NCBI GenBank assembly: GCA_002633005.1
Contig: NMRA01000353.1
Coordinates: 9,625 to 73,624 of the forward strand
DNA: 64,000 nucleotides
Reading direction: 5' to 3'
Source of the DNA: Phoronis australis
Lineage: Eukaryota; Animalia; Phoronida
In this document: piece after piece, positions 1 to 12,517 of the stretch
How the letters are laid out: each line of letters opens with the position of its first letter
Numbering within the stretch: the first letter of the stretch is position 1
Program-made: the position numbers and the translations under genes
Notes under the pieces: model-generated
Seen by the model: only the letters and a program-made list of their open reading frames with translations
What the model was told of the DNA's origin: nothing
The model's database searches: none

Positions 1-637
1 GCAGATTGTCACCCACCTTTACAGTGCAACATGTTATATAACTTTTGTAATTACCGATATCTGTAGTAGTTTAGTTTGTCATAATATATATGACCTTTTA
101 TCTCAACTACATGTGTTGTTTCACTGTAAACTAGCTTCGGTATCGCTTCGCAGTTAGCGCATATAAAAATTATTTAAGTATTAAATTATTTTATGTAAGC
201 TATACTGCCTCCTCCTCATTATCATATTGTTTGGATTCTCAGGTCAGTGACCCTCTTTGTTTTACGATTATTGGTTTAATTGTACCACGTGATCTCTTTG
301 TCTTGTTGCAACACTGGGCCATCGTCCACAATTCTCTCCAACTTTCATTTTTCACTCAATTTCTCTTTCCCTCCCTCCCTCAAACCAATTTTCATCCTTT
401 CCCTGTTATCCTCAAATTTCACATGTCGCTGTCCCGGTGTTGCTGTTATTCTTCCGCATATTGTTTCGCAGATTGTCACCCACCTTTACAGTGCAACATG
501 TTATATAACTTTTGTAATTACCGATATCTGTAGTAGTTTAGTTTGTCATAATATATATGACCTTTTATATCAACTACACGTATTGTTTCACTGTAAACTA
601 GCTTCGGTATCGCTTCGCAGTTAGCGCATATAAAAAT
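1..637. repeat. Near-identical direct repeat (1-170 vs 468-637; period 467 bp)
   Basis: gcagattgtcacccacc...ttagcgcatataaaaat occurs twice with few differences; the first copy is cut by the window edge. Confidence 0.9.
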
Positions 638-927
638 ACTTACTACTAAATTTAATAAAGATCCCGGGGTGAGTTTAGAAGATGCGGCTATGGGTGCAAA
701 ACAAAACAAAACTACCAATAGGAGGCGCAACAGTAGTCGAATTTGTTCTCGTCAACCGTCCTCTTCACACTGAGAACATATACGCCAATTTTCAACATCA
801 TCCTCAGAATGGTTTGGTTGATCGAGGGGTGATGCCAAAAAACAAGACTTGAAAACAGGAAAAAAGGTCACTAGGTGGCACAAAGTACCTCGATTCCATC
901 CGAAAGCAGGGGTATAACATCATCTAA

Positions 928-2090
928 CAGTGTTTCCCCTGGGTTTTGAAAGGAGCGTGGCGGTGAATGGCCAAAACGGGGTGCAAAGCCCGTTGCTGCA
1001 CGCGAAGATGAGAAATGGGATCCCACTCTTTCCTAGATTTCGAAAGGAGCGTGGTGGTGAATGCTCGACGCGGATGCGGAACCCGGCCACACATGCGAGC
1101 ATGACCATAGGATGACGTGAGATCCTCCCATGGGGAGTTGGGAGACCTTCCACAGGCAAAATTTGAGAATTAGATGTAGTTGGGTGCAGTTTGCCCATCA
1201 TAGACAAGACCTTAACCCGAGCATCATGTTGTGGAAGTAGTGGGTAAAGGACACTTCGCAAGACAAACTGGCAATGAAGTGTCCGGCATAGTGTGACCTC
1301 TGTTGTACTAGACTCTAGAGTACAAAAAAACAGTGTTAAAATTCAATTATCCACGAGCTGAAAAACATAGAACAAAAAATATTTGAACTTTGTAAACGTC
1401 ATTAACTAATTCGTGGAACGAAACGTCCGTTGATATCGCCTTGCTATTCGTAAATCAGTGATAGTGGATTGGCGTTGGCCGGCGTAGCAGACGATTTATA
1501 ATGCAGACGAATCTGAGACTGGTTAACATTCAATATCATCATTTTGGCGCAGGGCTATGGCTGATTAAACAGTTGGATGTCACGCCCTGCAGTATAATTC
1601 ACAATGTCTTTTGTAAACTCGGACACGATGAGAAAAATGAAGCAGAAATCTTACTGTTTCTTACTTCATTAAGGAGCCCTTGCACTTTCCTATTTTAGAA
1701 AATTCGTATTGAGGTCGTTGCCTGGAGCCCAGCTGAATAAAGTTTACATGCATTGTCGGATAACCAGGCAGAAACGAGGTATGAAAGGAGATTGGGGATT
1801 GAATGATTGTGTTTAACGGGGGGAGTACAATTCAAGATCCCATTGTAAAATTGTTTTTCCCTTTCGATCCACAAACGGCGAAATGTGCCGTGTGACTTGT
1901 AATTAATTATTCATTACTACTAGCGATCATTTTTACTAGGGATCATTTTTACTAGCAATCTTTGCGTGGCAGTGAAGTTTCCCTGTCACGATTAGGTGTG
2001 TGGTGGTCAATTTGAGAATGATTTACGAGTGGCGGGGCCAAAAAGGAGTGTAGCGGGCCGCCCAGAAGTTTACACGCAGGGTAAATCCTG
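928..2090. mobile_element. Non-autonomous TIR element (hAT-like CAG termini) inserted in the satellite
   Basis: Ends cagtgtttcccctg / cagggtaaatcctg form an imperfect TIR; flanks atctaa / atctca; the satellite unit resumes after it; no ORF. Confidence 0.6.
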
Positions 2091-3624
2091 ATCTCACCAA
2101 TAAGTGCCTATATTTCAAACTTTCTGATAATCCGTTGAGGACCATTGAAGATACAGAGGTAAGCCTAAAACATGAAAATAGCCACACTGGTAGCCAGATC
2201 CGTCCGAAAGTTGTCATCCGTTGTCAACATCATATAAATACACCTGCTAAATTTAGCAAAGACGCTTTAAACGGTTTAGGAGATATAGCCATGAGTGCAA
2301 AAAAGCAAAACTGCCACTAGGAGGTGCCACAGTAGTCAAAGTCCTCGGAATTTCATTGTCACCTTCTTACTAAGAACATATATGTCATTTTTGGGTAGAC
2401 ATTAGGCTGATTATAGTGAATGACACACTTTGCGATACAAATCGTAGGCTCTCCTGTTAACATGCTGTCCCAACTTTACGTAATGAATATTCTTCAGTTT
2501 TGGATGAAGCTCTGTTTCTGGTCTGCACATTTCAATGTCAAAGGTCATGTGGTGACGAGAGTGACTTTAGGGCTCAAAATGTTTGAACAGCATCCCCTAA
2601 GTAACCTTCATAGTACAATAAGATTGTTACTGACTTCATTCATAATGTCTCAACACGATAGAATCAGAAAAATCATTTATTTCCAGTCGCTATCATTGCT
2701 CCGCCCCTCACCTCCCTGGACCTCAATCTGCCTCCCCAATACCAAGCCTCACCTTACTCCGTCCCTTTAGTCCTGGCTTCATTCTGTTGCAAAAATAAAC
2801 AAGGAAATTCTCACTTACTTAAGCTCGCGATAAGACGAAAAAGTGAAATTTTATTTTGCCAAATTTCTCAACAAAACTGAACGTGAAAAAATTTCGAGTT
2901 ATTGGCTTGTTTGTGCTGTGTAGACATTATAGGCCTAAAATGATGGAGTTATTTTTCCATTATTTCCAGCAAATTAAACAGCCTTAACTTCAAAATTATA
3001 CAAAGGCAACACGGAGCACCCCAAACAGGGAGCTTCAAGGGTTCATTTGTATCATAAAATGGCCACTAGATGGTGATAAACATCAAATCCATCCAAAACA
3101 TGATCATGTCATCGCTTTAGAAAGCTATTTACCAAATTTCATAAAAATCTGTCAAGGAACCTCAGACAAACAAAACAAAATAAAAAATGGGATTGGCACT
3201 AGGGGTGACAGCGTTACTTGGATTCGTGTAAAAGTCGTCGTCGTCTGTTGTTAGCTTCATATGCATACACTTATTAAATTTAATAAAGATCCTTCAGTGG
3301 GTTTAGGAGATATTGCGCAAAACAAAACAAAGCTGGGAGGCGCCACAGTAGTCAAGTCGTCATCGTCACCTGTCCACTTCACACTGAGAACAGTTATCAA
3401 AATTCTCCTTAGAATGGTTTGGTTGATAGAGGATGAACTCAAACACAGCAAATATGGCCACTAGGTGACGCATCATAACTCGATTAAAACCGAAAACAGA
3501 AGAATAGCGCCACCTGACTAGTAGATGCCTATGTTCTAAAATTTATAAAAATCTGCCACTAGGGGGGCACCGATAGTCACATCCATCCGAAAGTCGTGCT
3601 TGTCCATTGTCAACATCATATTAA

Positions 3625-5359
3625 AGGAGAATGGCACCCAAAAACAACCATTTTTTGTATCAATTTAGATCGAGTAGTTCTACTCGCTAACGGCACGTTC
3701 GGTTGCATTACCTGCCACCTGACGGCAGACGGAGGTGGTGTTGAAATTATCCAATGACGTAATTGGTTTCACACTCAGTCTGTTCTGCAGTTCACAACAC
3801 GGGTTAGTGGTGTCAGCTTATCGCTTGAATTCATCGTTTAGCACCAGTAAATCATCAAAATTCGATGTGAAACCCTTCAAAATACACCGAGTTCTTATAA
3901 AAACGGGTTGTTTTGTTTTGCCGTTACGGATTTACTGGTATTTGGACACACCGTAGCCTACAATGTTCGGCAGACCAATTTACCAAGGGTAATGCCGTAG
4001 CAGGAGTTTGGGGTTTGTTCGGAAATGAATTCGAAGTATTCTTCCGTGAAATACAGACAGGACAACCTAGATATGTGTTGTTTATACTTGTGATTTTTTT
4101 TAGTTCTAACCACACAAAACGCATGTTATCCCGGCCATTGGCTCGGAACCCGATCAGGCCCGTCGCGGCCAGACTCACTTGTTATCCCGACCGGCCAGTG
4201 GCTCGGAACCCGATTAGGCCCGTCGCGGCCGCCGGGACTGGCACAAACGTAACCCAGCTTGAGTTGGAAACTAAAGCTCCAGTCACGAAAAGACCATATT
4301 AGTGAGCCAAAGAAATAATGCGCACGTAATTATTTACGTGAATTAGCCACGAAACTGAAAATCTACTGACTTGTCGGGGGCCGCGAAATTCCCCTTCCAC
4401 AGACCGTCAAGGCAATGGTTGTACATTAACAATGATTTGAATAATGTATTTCTAAATAAAGATTCCCCTAACAAGTGACAATAGCATATACACTCGAGTA
4501 ATTGTTTCACAACAGCTTTCTGTCAGCAAACACTGAATTAGCATGCACTCACATGTCCTCGGTGCCCGGTCAATTACCTTTCAATGCCGGCATTAAAGGC
4601 CGGTAGCCTAACGCAGTGGTTTGTTCATTACTGGCTTCTCAAAACATTTGCACTCACTAGCACTCCAAGGCATTACACATTGTAAGGGACATACTTTGTT
4701 TCAGTTTCATATAAGCATTGGTTAGGATCATTTTAGGATGAGAATAATTCATTTTGAAACAGAACGCAGAATAATAAACGTCTGTATGGCAACTCGCCCG
4801 CCGCCAATCCCGACTTAGTCAAGAGCTCATCTGATGAACACTTCACGGGTCGTATCGTTAGGTTTCACAGGCTATCAGTTCGAACCGGAATACACTGATC
4901 AGGAAATTCTAGAGAGGCGCCGTCAAAACATGCATAGGCAACGGAACATATGGATAGTTCTTTGGTAAGCCGGAATTCGTCAGACAAATCACTGTCGACG
5001 AAATGCCGGCCACAGACAAGGAGGTGTTTCGCGGCCTCATACTTGCTATTAACAGCATACCTTTCATTCTTTACTACTGCGAGCCACTTCCTAAGCATTT
5101 CAGGCTCTCGATGAAGTCGAAAAACGATATTCCCGCTTTCTTTACAGCTTCATAGTTCGGACAAGCGGGAACCGATGCACCGCAAAGTAGCGGCATTCAC
5201 TCTGCAGACGAACCACTGACGTCGCTGCGTCGCTTCTTACCTTCCTCACAGGTTAACGCGACTCCTCTCGGCAAGGTAAGGTCGACCGTATCAGAGGCGA
5301 TGTGGATATGTACCGATTAAGACGGTAAAAAGACTAATTAAATCGGGTGGCATTCTCCT
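3625..5359 (-). mobile_element. Non-autonomous Kolobok DNA transposon
   Basis: TTAA on both sides (3621-3624, 5360-5363); 15-bp TIR aggagaatggcaccc / gggtggcattctcct with 1 mismatch; THAP remnant inside. Confidence 0.85.
4865..5196 (-). pseudogene. THAP zinc-finger remnant (Kolobok transposase N-terminus), frameshifted
   Basis: MPLLCGASVPACPN..ISFF / RLHREPEMLRKWLAVV..LLVCGRHFVDSD matches the C2CH THAP pattern. Confidence 0.75.
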
Positions 5360-5711
5360 TTAATACCCTTGATAAATTTAGTGAAGATGCTGTAAACGAT
5401 TTAAGGGATACAGCCATGGGCGCAAAAAATAACTGCCACTAGGAGCTGTCAAAGTAGTCGTAGACGTCGGAAAATCATCATGAGTCGTCCTCTTCATAGT
5501 AAGAATTTTCATGCCAATTTTCCACAATCATCCTTAGAGCGGTTTGGTTGATAGAGGGGCGGGCGAAAACAATAAAAACGGCCCCTAGGTGGTGCCAACT
5601 ACATAAATCCGTCGGAAAACGAAAGGATGGCGTCATCTCACTAACGGATGCCTACTTGCCAAATTCAATGACAATCCGTTGAAGAGCTTTAACAATACAG
5701 AGATAAACGTA

Positions 5712-8661
5712 CCGTCGGAGGCCCTAAAGTCGGCAATGCCCTAAAGTCGTGAATCATCTCGTTTCCGCTTCTGCAAGGTCACGTGACATCTAGCGTTCCT
5801 ATTTCCAGCGTTCGTCTGCTTACGATTGTCAAAAGAGGATCGGGACACGTAGCTGTTCATAATGCGAAACAAAACTGTGAGTTGAGAGTTTGTTTTCAAA
5901 AATAATACTTAAACCAGCATATTTTACTAATGCAGTTTTTTGCGCATTTTCAAAACATGTATTCGAAACCAACAATCGTTCAGATTTCACATAAAACGCA
6001 ATCTAGGGGTTGTTTAAACGATGTATCAAAATGTCCCAGGGTCGACCACAATTTGTAAGGCCAGAGGAACTCAGCACTTACAGATACTTTATGCTGGGTC
6101 CTTAGCGTTGTTTAAAGTGCGCTGACGTCACTCTACATATTTGAGCTATCCGAAACATAATAATTATGTTCACTTTTACACAAATTTTGTGAGCATTTTT
6201 ATTATGTATTTTTTACCCCTTGATGTAGAAACATGAAAAAATCTAAGCAAACAGGAGCACATAATAATAATGAAACAGTTTACAAAAACATTTATTTATT
6301 ACAGAAGCCAGTAAAAAAACAGCACAGAAAGCTGAGAAAGTATGACCTAGGCAGTCTACTTGAGGCATACGATAAAGTACGTGAGGGTGGCATGTCCATT
6401 AACTCAGCAGCTGCACAATACCATGTTCCTTACCAAACGTTGAGAGACCGAGTAAGTGGGAGGATAGAACCTGAATGCGTCACAATGGGTGTGTCTCCAA
6501 TATTCGATGTGCATCAGGAAGCCTTAATTGTAAAACATATAAAAGAAATGGCGAGTCTTGGGTATGGTTATACAAGGCAAGACGTCGTAACCATGGTAAC
6601 GGAGTGGTCCATTCAGCAAGGAATAAGAAAGCCAGGAGAGTCCCTTTCAATTAAGTGGTTTAGAGGGTTTGTCAAGCGCTGGCCAGAGGTGAGAGTTGTC
6701 AAAGCAAAGGGTTTAGAGTATGCGAGAGCAAAGTCTACAAGTCAAGCGAATATTGACAAATATTTTGAAGTGCTGCATTCTGCTTTGATGAAGTATGGTT
6801 TGGAAGACAAGCCACATAGAGTATTTAATATGGATGAAAAGGGTGTGACGACAGATTACAAGCCTCCACACATTGTCGCCTGCAGCAGAATGAAGTGTGC
6901 CCCTCAAGTGGTCACATCAGGCAGATCCGTGACCACAACAATATTGGGATGTGGCAGTGCAGCTGGACAGGCGATGCCCCCGTTCTTTGTCTTTAAGGGC
7001 AAAAGATTCAACTCGGATCTACTGAAAGATTCTTCTCCAGGGGCAAGTGGAACAGTCACAGACAGTGGATGGTCAAACTCAGAAGTTTTCCTCAAGTGGC
7101 TACAAGATCACTTTGCAAAGTTTGTCCCAGGTGGCCTTCAGGAGCCCGTTCTACTGTTACTAGATGGCCACAAGTCACACACAGATATAACTGTAGTAGA
7201 ATGGGCGAAGAACCACAACATTGCAATTCTAACTCTGCCAGCCCACACATCACACATACTACAACCACTTGATGTTGGGTGTTATGGACCACTGGAAGCA
7301 GTGTATGGCAATTTGTGCCACAAAGCGATGAAAGGTACAAGGGCTGGAATTACTCGCTTTGATCTTTGTTCCCTGGCAAGCAAAGCCTACGTGAAAGCGC
7401 TGTCTCCGGAAAATCTGCAATCGGCTTTCCGAAAGTCCGGAGTATACCCGTTTGACAACACCGTTGTCCCCCCTGAAATGATCACTCCATCCACAGCATT
7501 TTTGAGGAATACTGGTGGAAGTGAGGTAGAAAATGATTTTTTTAGTAAACGGTTGCAGAGGTGTACAGAAGCGAAGAGACCGATGCCAAGTGAACAAGTC
7601 CGCTTAAGCAGTTCTGCTAATTTGTCTTGTAAGGTGCTGACAGAGGATGTAGAAACTCTGAAAAAGAAAAAGAACACAACGAAGGCAACACAAAAGGCAC
7701 AGGTGGCAAAAAAGGCACAATTGACAAAAAAGAAACAGGTGGTAAAAGAGTCAAAGACATGTGGAAAGAATAACATCAACAAAAATCAAGTTCAGAAACC
7801 AGGAAAAGATAATGAACCAGGTCCATCAGGATTAAAGCCATTACACGCTTCACATTTCGAAAGTGACGGCACTGAGGACTCGGATGGGGGAGATGAGGAC
7901 AGTTGCTGTGTCTGTCACAAGTGGTCACCACCTCAACTACGCCAATGTGCATCTCTGGTGATTGTGAATTGGGGAAAATGTGAATTCCAAGACTGCAGTC
8001 ACTGGACTCACCTAAGGTTTTGCTGTGATGTGACAGCACTAAGGCGACACGACAGATTTTTCTGCCCCTGTCATCACGTGCCATGCCGTCAAAGCCAGCT
8101 CCAAGAAGAGTAGAAAGTGATAACAAGGATCGGCAGTGCCTAACACGTTGAAAACTTAATCAGTTTAATTTAATGATTGCTGTAATTTCAAATTTAAATA
8201 TCACTTAAACATTTCATATTTTATTTATTAAATATTTTAAATATTTATTTATTGTATTTAGAAGAGATTGACTATGAAAAATTTTATTGTTTGTTATTTC
8301 ATGTTAACTAGCTGGTCTAATTAAAACTTGATTATTAACAACTACAAACGGTCTTTTTTCTTAGCTAAACTTGTTTACAAAAATCACAATTTTGGTTGGC
8401 CTTATTCTGTTTTCCCGTCTAAAAGAAAGAGGGCGACACGGTCACGACTTTAGGGCCTCGAAGAAAATGGCCGACGTTTTCATATGTCTTGCAAAAACTC
8501 TGCCTATGGATTGAAAACGAGTTTTAAATGTGAGTACAGTAGAGTATTTGTGAGGATTTAATCATGTTTACTACATCACATAGTCAGTTCTGAAAAGAAT
8601 CGGTAGGTACGCCTACAAACCGGCTTAGTGCTTACGTTCACGACTTTAGGTCCTCGGTGTG
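5712..8661 (+). mobile_element. pogo-superfamily DNA transposon (DD35D; Passer/Fot-like)
   Basis: TA at 5710-5711 and 8662-8663; imperfect TIR ccgtcggaggccctaaagtcg / cgactttaggtcctcggtgtg; subterminal ctaaagtcg repeats at ~5722, 5740, 8445 and 8641; the satellite resumes after it. Confidence 0.9.
6233..8113 (+). CDS. pogo transposase: HTH_psq + CENP-B HTH + DDE_1 (DD35D) + C-terminal PHD-like finger; the true start may be a mini-exon at 5862-5876
   Basis: Uninterrupted 626-aa ORF; MSINSAAAQYHVPYQTLRDR, WFRGFVKRWP, FNMDEKG, LLLLDGHKSH, QPLDVG (35 residues between D2 and D3), CCVC..WGKC..DCSHWTHLRFC..FFCPCH. Confidence 0.93.
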   Translation: MKKSKQTGAHNNNETVYKNIYLLQKPVKKQHRKLRKYDLGSLLEAYDKVREGGMSINSAAAQYHVPYQTLRDRVSGRIEPECVTMGVSPIFDVHQEALIVKHIKEMASLGYGYTRQDVVTMVTEWSIQQGIRKPGESLSIKWFRGFVKRWPEVRVVKAKGLEYARAKSTSQANIDKYFEVLHSALMKYGLEDKPHRVFNMDEKGVTTDYKPPHIVACSRMKCAPQVVTSGRSVTTTILGCGSAAGQAMPPFFVFKGKRFNSDLLKDSSPGASGTVTDSGWSNSEVFLKWLQDHFAKFVPGGLQEPVLLLLDGHKSHTDITVVEWAKNHNIAILTLPAHTSHILQPLDVGCYGPLEAVYGNLCHKAMKGTRAGITRFDLCSLASKAYVKALSPENLQSAFRKSGVYPFDNTVVPPEMITPSTAFLRNTGGSEVENDFFSKRLQRCTEAKRPMPSEQVRLSSSANLSCKVLTEDVETLKKKKNTTKATQKAQVAKKAQLTKKKQVVKESKTCGKNNINKNQVQKPGKDNEPGPSGLKPLHASHFESDGTEDSDGGDEDSCCVCHKWSPPQLRQCASLVIVNWGKCEFQDCSHWTHLRFCCDVTALRRHDRFFCPCHHVPCRQSQLQEE

Positions 8662-9263
8662 TAAAAACTAAAATTGCCACTAGGCGGCACACCGGTAGTC
8701 TGATCCCTCCGAGAGTCGTGGTATTACGTTGCCAACATCATATAAATGCACTTGCATGTACTAAATTTAATAAAGATCCTGCAAATGGTTTAGGGGATAC
8801 AGCCATGGGTGCAAAAAACAAATCTGCCACTATCAGGTGCCACAGTAATCGAAGTTCTCGGAAAATTGTCACCAGCCGTAACCTTTAGAGTAAAAACATA
8901 CAAGCCAATTTTCGCAATCATCCCTTCAGCGGTTTGGTTGATAAATGGGTGGATACCAAAAAAACAGGCTCGAAAACAGTAAAAAATGCCAATAGTTGGT
9001 GCAAAACTACATTGAATCCATCCGAAAACGGGAGGATAGCGTCATCTCACTAATAAATGCCTATACACCAAATTTCATGAAGATACAGAGGTAAGCGTAA
9101 AATACTAAAATTGCCATTAGGGGGCACAACGGTAGTCGGATATGTCCGAAAGTTCGCTAATGCCGTCCCATTCATAAAAGGAACACAGTGTGCAAATTTG
9201 ATGAACATACACACATGTATGTTGGTAGTCCTTCGGGTCCGAAGATGACGTAGGTTGTGTGTC

Positions 9264-12200
9264 TCATCGTCTATGTACACGAAGATGGCTCTGCAGTCCC
9301 AGTCTTGACGCGCATAGTCGAGCACAGGTGGGGCATTGGAACTCCGTCGTGGTAACAGTGGTGGATGCTGCTGAGTGGCGTTTCTCTCGAGCAGCTTCGA
9401 GTCTCTTACAGCGGTCATCCTCAAAACTGGCAGTTGCTTTTCGAATCGTGGCTCGCCTCTTTGGTCTCTCTCCTGCAACAGCTTTCAGCTCCTTGGATTT
9501 GATGTTGCGCCACTTCAGGTTGGCTTTGACGGTGTCTTTGTAGCGAAGGCAAGGGCGTCCTTGCTTCCTTCTCCCAGTCTTCAGCTCGCCATACAAAAGC
9601 TGGAGAGGCATTCTGTAGTCCTCCATCTTGATGATGTGCCCCACTCATCGCAGTTGGGCCTTGAGTAGCATCGCTTCAATGCTGGTTGACTGGGCACGTT
9701 CTAGGACCTCAAGGTTGGTGATTCGGTCCTGCCATCGGATTCCTAGGATGAAGCAAAGAGAACGCATGTGGAAGCTCTCGAGCTTCTTGATGTGCCTGCA
9801 GTATAGGGTCCATGACTCGCAGCCATAGAGCAGAGAGGTCAGGACCACTGAAGAATACACCTTCAGCTTAGTAGACAGGCGGATGTTGTGTTCGTTGAGC
9901 ACCCGTGTTCTCAGTCTTCCGAGTGCTTGGCTCGCCTTGCTTATCCTGGAAGCAATCTCTTTGTCTAAGCTGCCATCTTTTGAGATGACGCTCCTCAGGT
10001 ATTTGTAATGCTCCACATTGAGGAGTTGCTTGTTGTCGATGGTCATGACTGGCTCCGGGGGATTGGTGTTGGGTGCAGGTTGAAGAAGCACTTCTGTCTT
10101 GCCGAAGCTTATGATCAAGCCGAATGCTTATGAAGCATTCGAGAAGCTGTCCAGCATGAGTTGTAGGTCATTCTCTTTGTGGGAAAAGAGCGCACAATCA
10201 TCCGCAAAAAGGGCGTCCTGGATTAGTTTTTCCAGGCACTTTGTCTTTGCACTAAGGCGCCTTAGATCGAAGAGGGAGCCGTCGAGGCGATATTTAATGT
10301 ACACACCCTCCTCTAGTCCCTGTACAGCTTGGGCCAACATGCACGTGAAGAAGGGGTTGAACAGAACAGGCGCGAGCACACACCCCTGCTTCACTCCATT
10401 TGAGATGTCAAAGGTGGCTGAAGTATCGCCGCTTGCGATGACCTGACCTGTCATGCCATCATGGAAGAGTCGCACCATCTTAACAAACTTTCAAACTTTC
10501 AGGGGCAGCCATATTTGACTCAGGACTGTCAACAGTGCCTCTCGGTTGACTGTGTCGAAGGCCTTAGTCAGGTCTATGAAGACTGAGTAGAGGGCCATGT
10601 TCTGTTCATTGCACTTCTCTTGAACCTGCCTCAGAGCGAAGATCATGTCCACCGTACTGCGTCCTGGCCGGAAGCCACACTGCGATTCCGGTAGATTATG
10701 CTCTGAGACGGTGACAAGTCGGTTCAGAATGATGCGAGCGAAGATCTTGCCGGCGATAGAGAGCAATGAGATGCCCCTGTAGTTTCCACAGCCCGCTTTG
10801 CTTCCCTTGTTTTTATAGAGAGCAACGATCAAGGCGTCTTGGAACTCGTCTGGCATGACCTCTTCCTCCCAGATGCTGTTCAGGATGTCGTGGAAGGCTG
10901 ATATGGTGACTGGACCTGCTGCCTTATAGATCTCAGCAGGGATGCCATCCTTTCCTGAGGCTCTGTCACTATTCAGCTGGGATATGGCTTTCTCAATCTC
11001 CTCTATGGACGGTGGTAAGTCCAGTTCTTCAAGCATGGGTTGCTGCGGGATCTGTTCTAGAGCAGAAGGGTCACCTGTGGATGGCCTGTTTAGCAGAGTG
11101 CTGAAGTGTTCAGCCCAGCGGTTTCTTAGTACTTCCTGGTCTTTGATGAGGCTCGATCCGTCAGAAGACAACAAAGGGGAGCATCCTGTTCTAGAAGGGC
11201 CATAAACTGATTTTAGGGCGCTGAAAAACTTCTTAGAGTTGTGGGAGTGTTGTTGAACTTCCTCAGCCTTTCTCTGCCACCACTGATCTTGCATTTCCCT
11301 CAGTTCCAGCTGCGCTTTGCTCTGTACAGTAAGTGTTTGAACCTGCCCTTCTTTGAGACGGACGATGGATCATTCTGCCACTCTACATAGGCTTTCTTCT
11401 TGGCATCAAGGGTTGTAGAAATGGCTTCATCGTTTTCATCAAACCAGTCTTGGTGCACCCGGGGATTCGGTCCCAGTACTGTTTCTGCGGTTTCTTTCAC
11501 GGCCTCCTTGAACTGCACCCATTTCTCAGTGCTGGTTCCAACAAGTGGTGTGTTGCCTGATAGCGTGTCGTCCAGGTAATCCTGAAACCGACGAAGGTGT
11601 AGAGGATACTTTAACCTGGCTGTGTTGAACGATTCCCTGGTGATTTTCTGCCTGTTGCGCTGCGGGGGAACGATGTGCACGTTGAAAAGAGATCGCACTA
11701 GCCTGTGATCTGTCCAGCATTCAGCGCCCCTCATTACCCGGGTAATCTTGACATCCTGCCTATCCCGCTGGCGAACGATGACAAAGTCAATCATGTGCCA
11801 ATGTTTGGACCTGGGATGCATCCAGGTGGTCTTGTACTTGGCTGCAATTCTGAACATAGTGATACACAGGTTGTGCTCAGCGCATTTACTTAGTAGGAAC
11901 AGGCCGTTGCTGTTGAGTTTACCTACTCCGTGCCGTCCCAACACACCTTCCCAACTACTGCTGTCATTTCCGACTCGGGCGTTGAAGTCTCCGAGGATTA
12001 CAAGCTTGTCATTCGGGGGAGTTGTCCTGATGATCTGGTCAAGGTCTTCGTATAAGCGTTCCTTGAATTCTTCGGGAGTAGTGAGCGTTGGGGCGCAGGC
12101 GCTGATGATGGTGATATTGCGAGATTTGTTCAGTGGGAAGCGAAGCTTCATTAGGCGCTCATTGACACCAGTGGGGAGAGTAGGGATATCCTTCAACATG

Positions 12201-12517
12201 GTGGACTTGATAGCAAATCCTACTCCATAAATTCTGTCTTCAGCTTCTGGTTTCCCTTTCCAGAAGAATCTGTAGCCTCCCTTCTCCTCTTTCAGTGACC
12301 CTTCACCAGCAAATCTCGTCGCGCTGAGAGCTGCAATGTCTACGCGGTAGCGCTGGAGTTCTCTAGCTACAAGTGCAGTCCTTCTTTCTGGTCTGGCTGC
12401 AGTGTCTCTATCCATCAGTGTTCGGACGTTCCATGCTCCGAAGATTAGTTTTCTGTTGTTCTTTGTTGATCGACCGCATGTGGATGATCTTCCAGCCGCG
12501 GTAAGCTGGCCAGACAT
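9264..12517 (-). pseudogene. RTE ORF (APE endonuclease-RT-C2H2) split by frameshifts and stops into 5 pieces
   Basis: WNVRTL, LGDFNARVG, TDHRLV; NYRGISLLS, QCGFRPGRST, FIDLTKAFDTV, GVKQGCVLAP, FADD, LLYGCESW, CPTCARLCASRLGLQSHLRVH. Confidence 0.95.

Noticed and set aside
6233-6304. N-terminal 24 aa of the listed pogo ORF as true protein
   Set aside because: AT-rich and ending in tttattacag; more likely intron read-through
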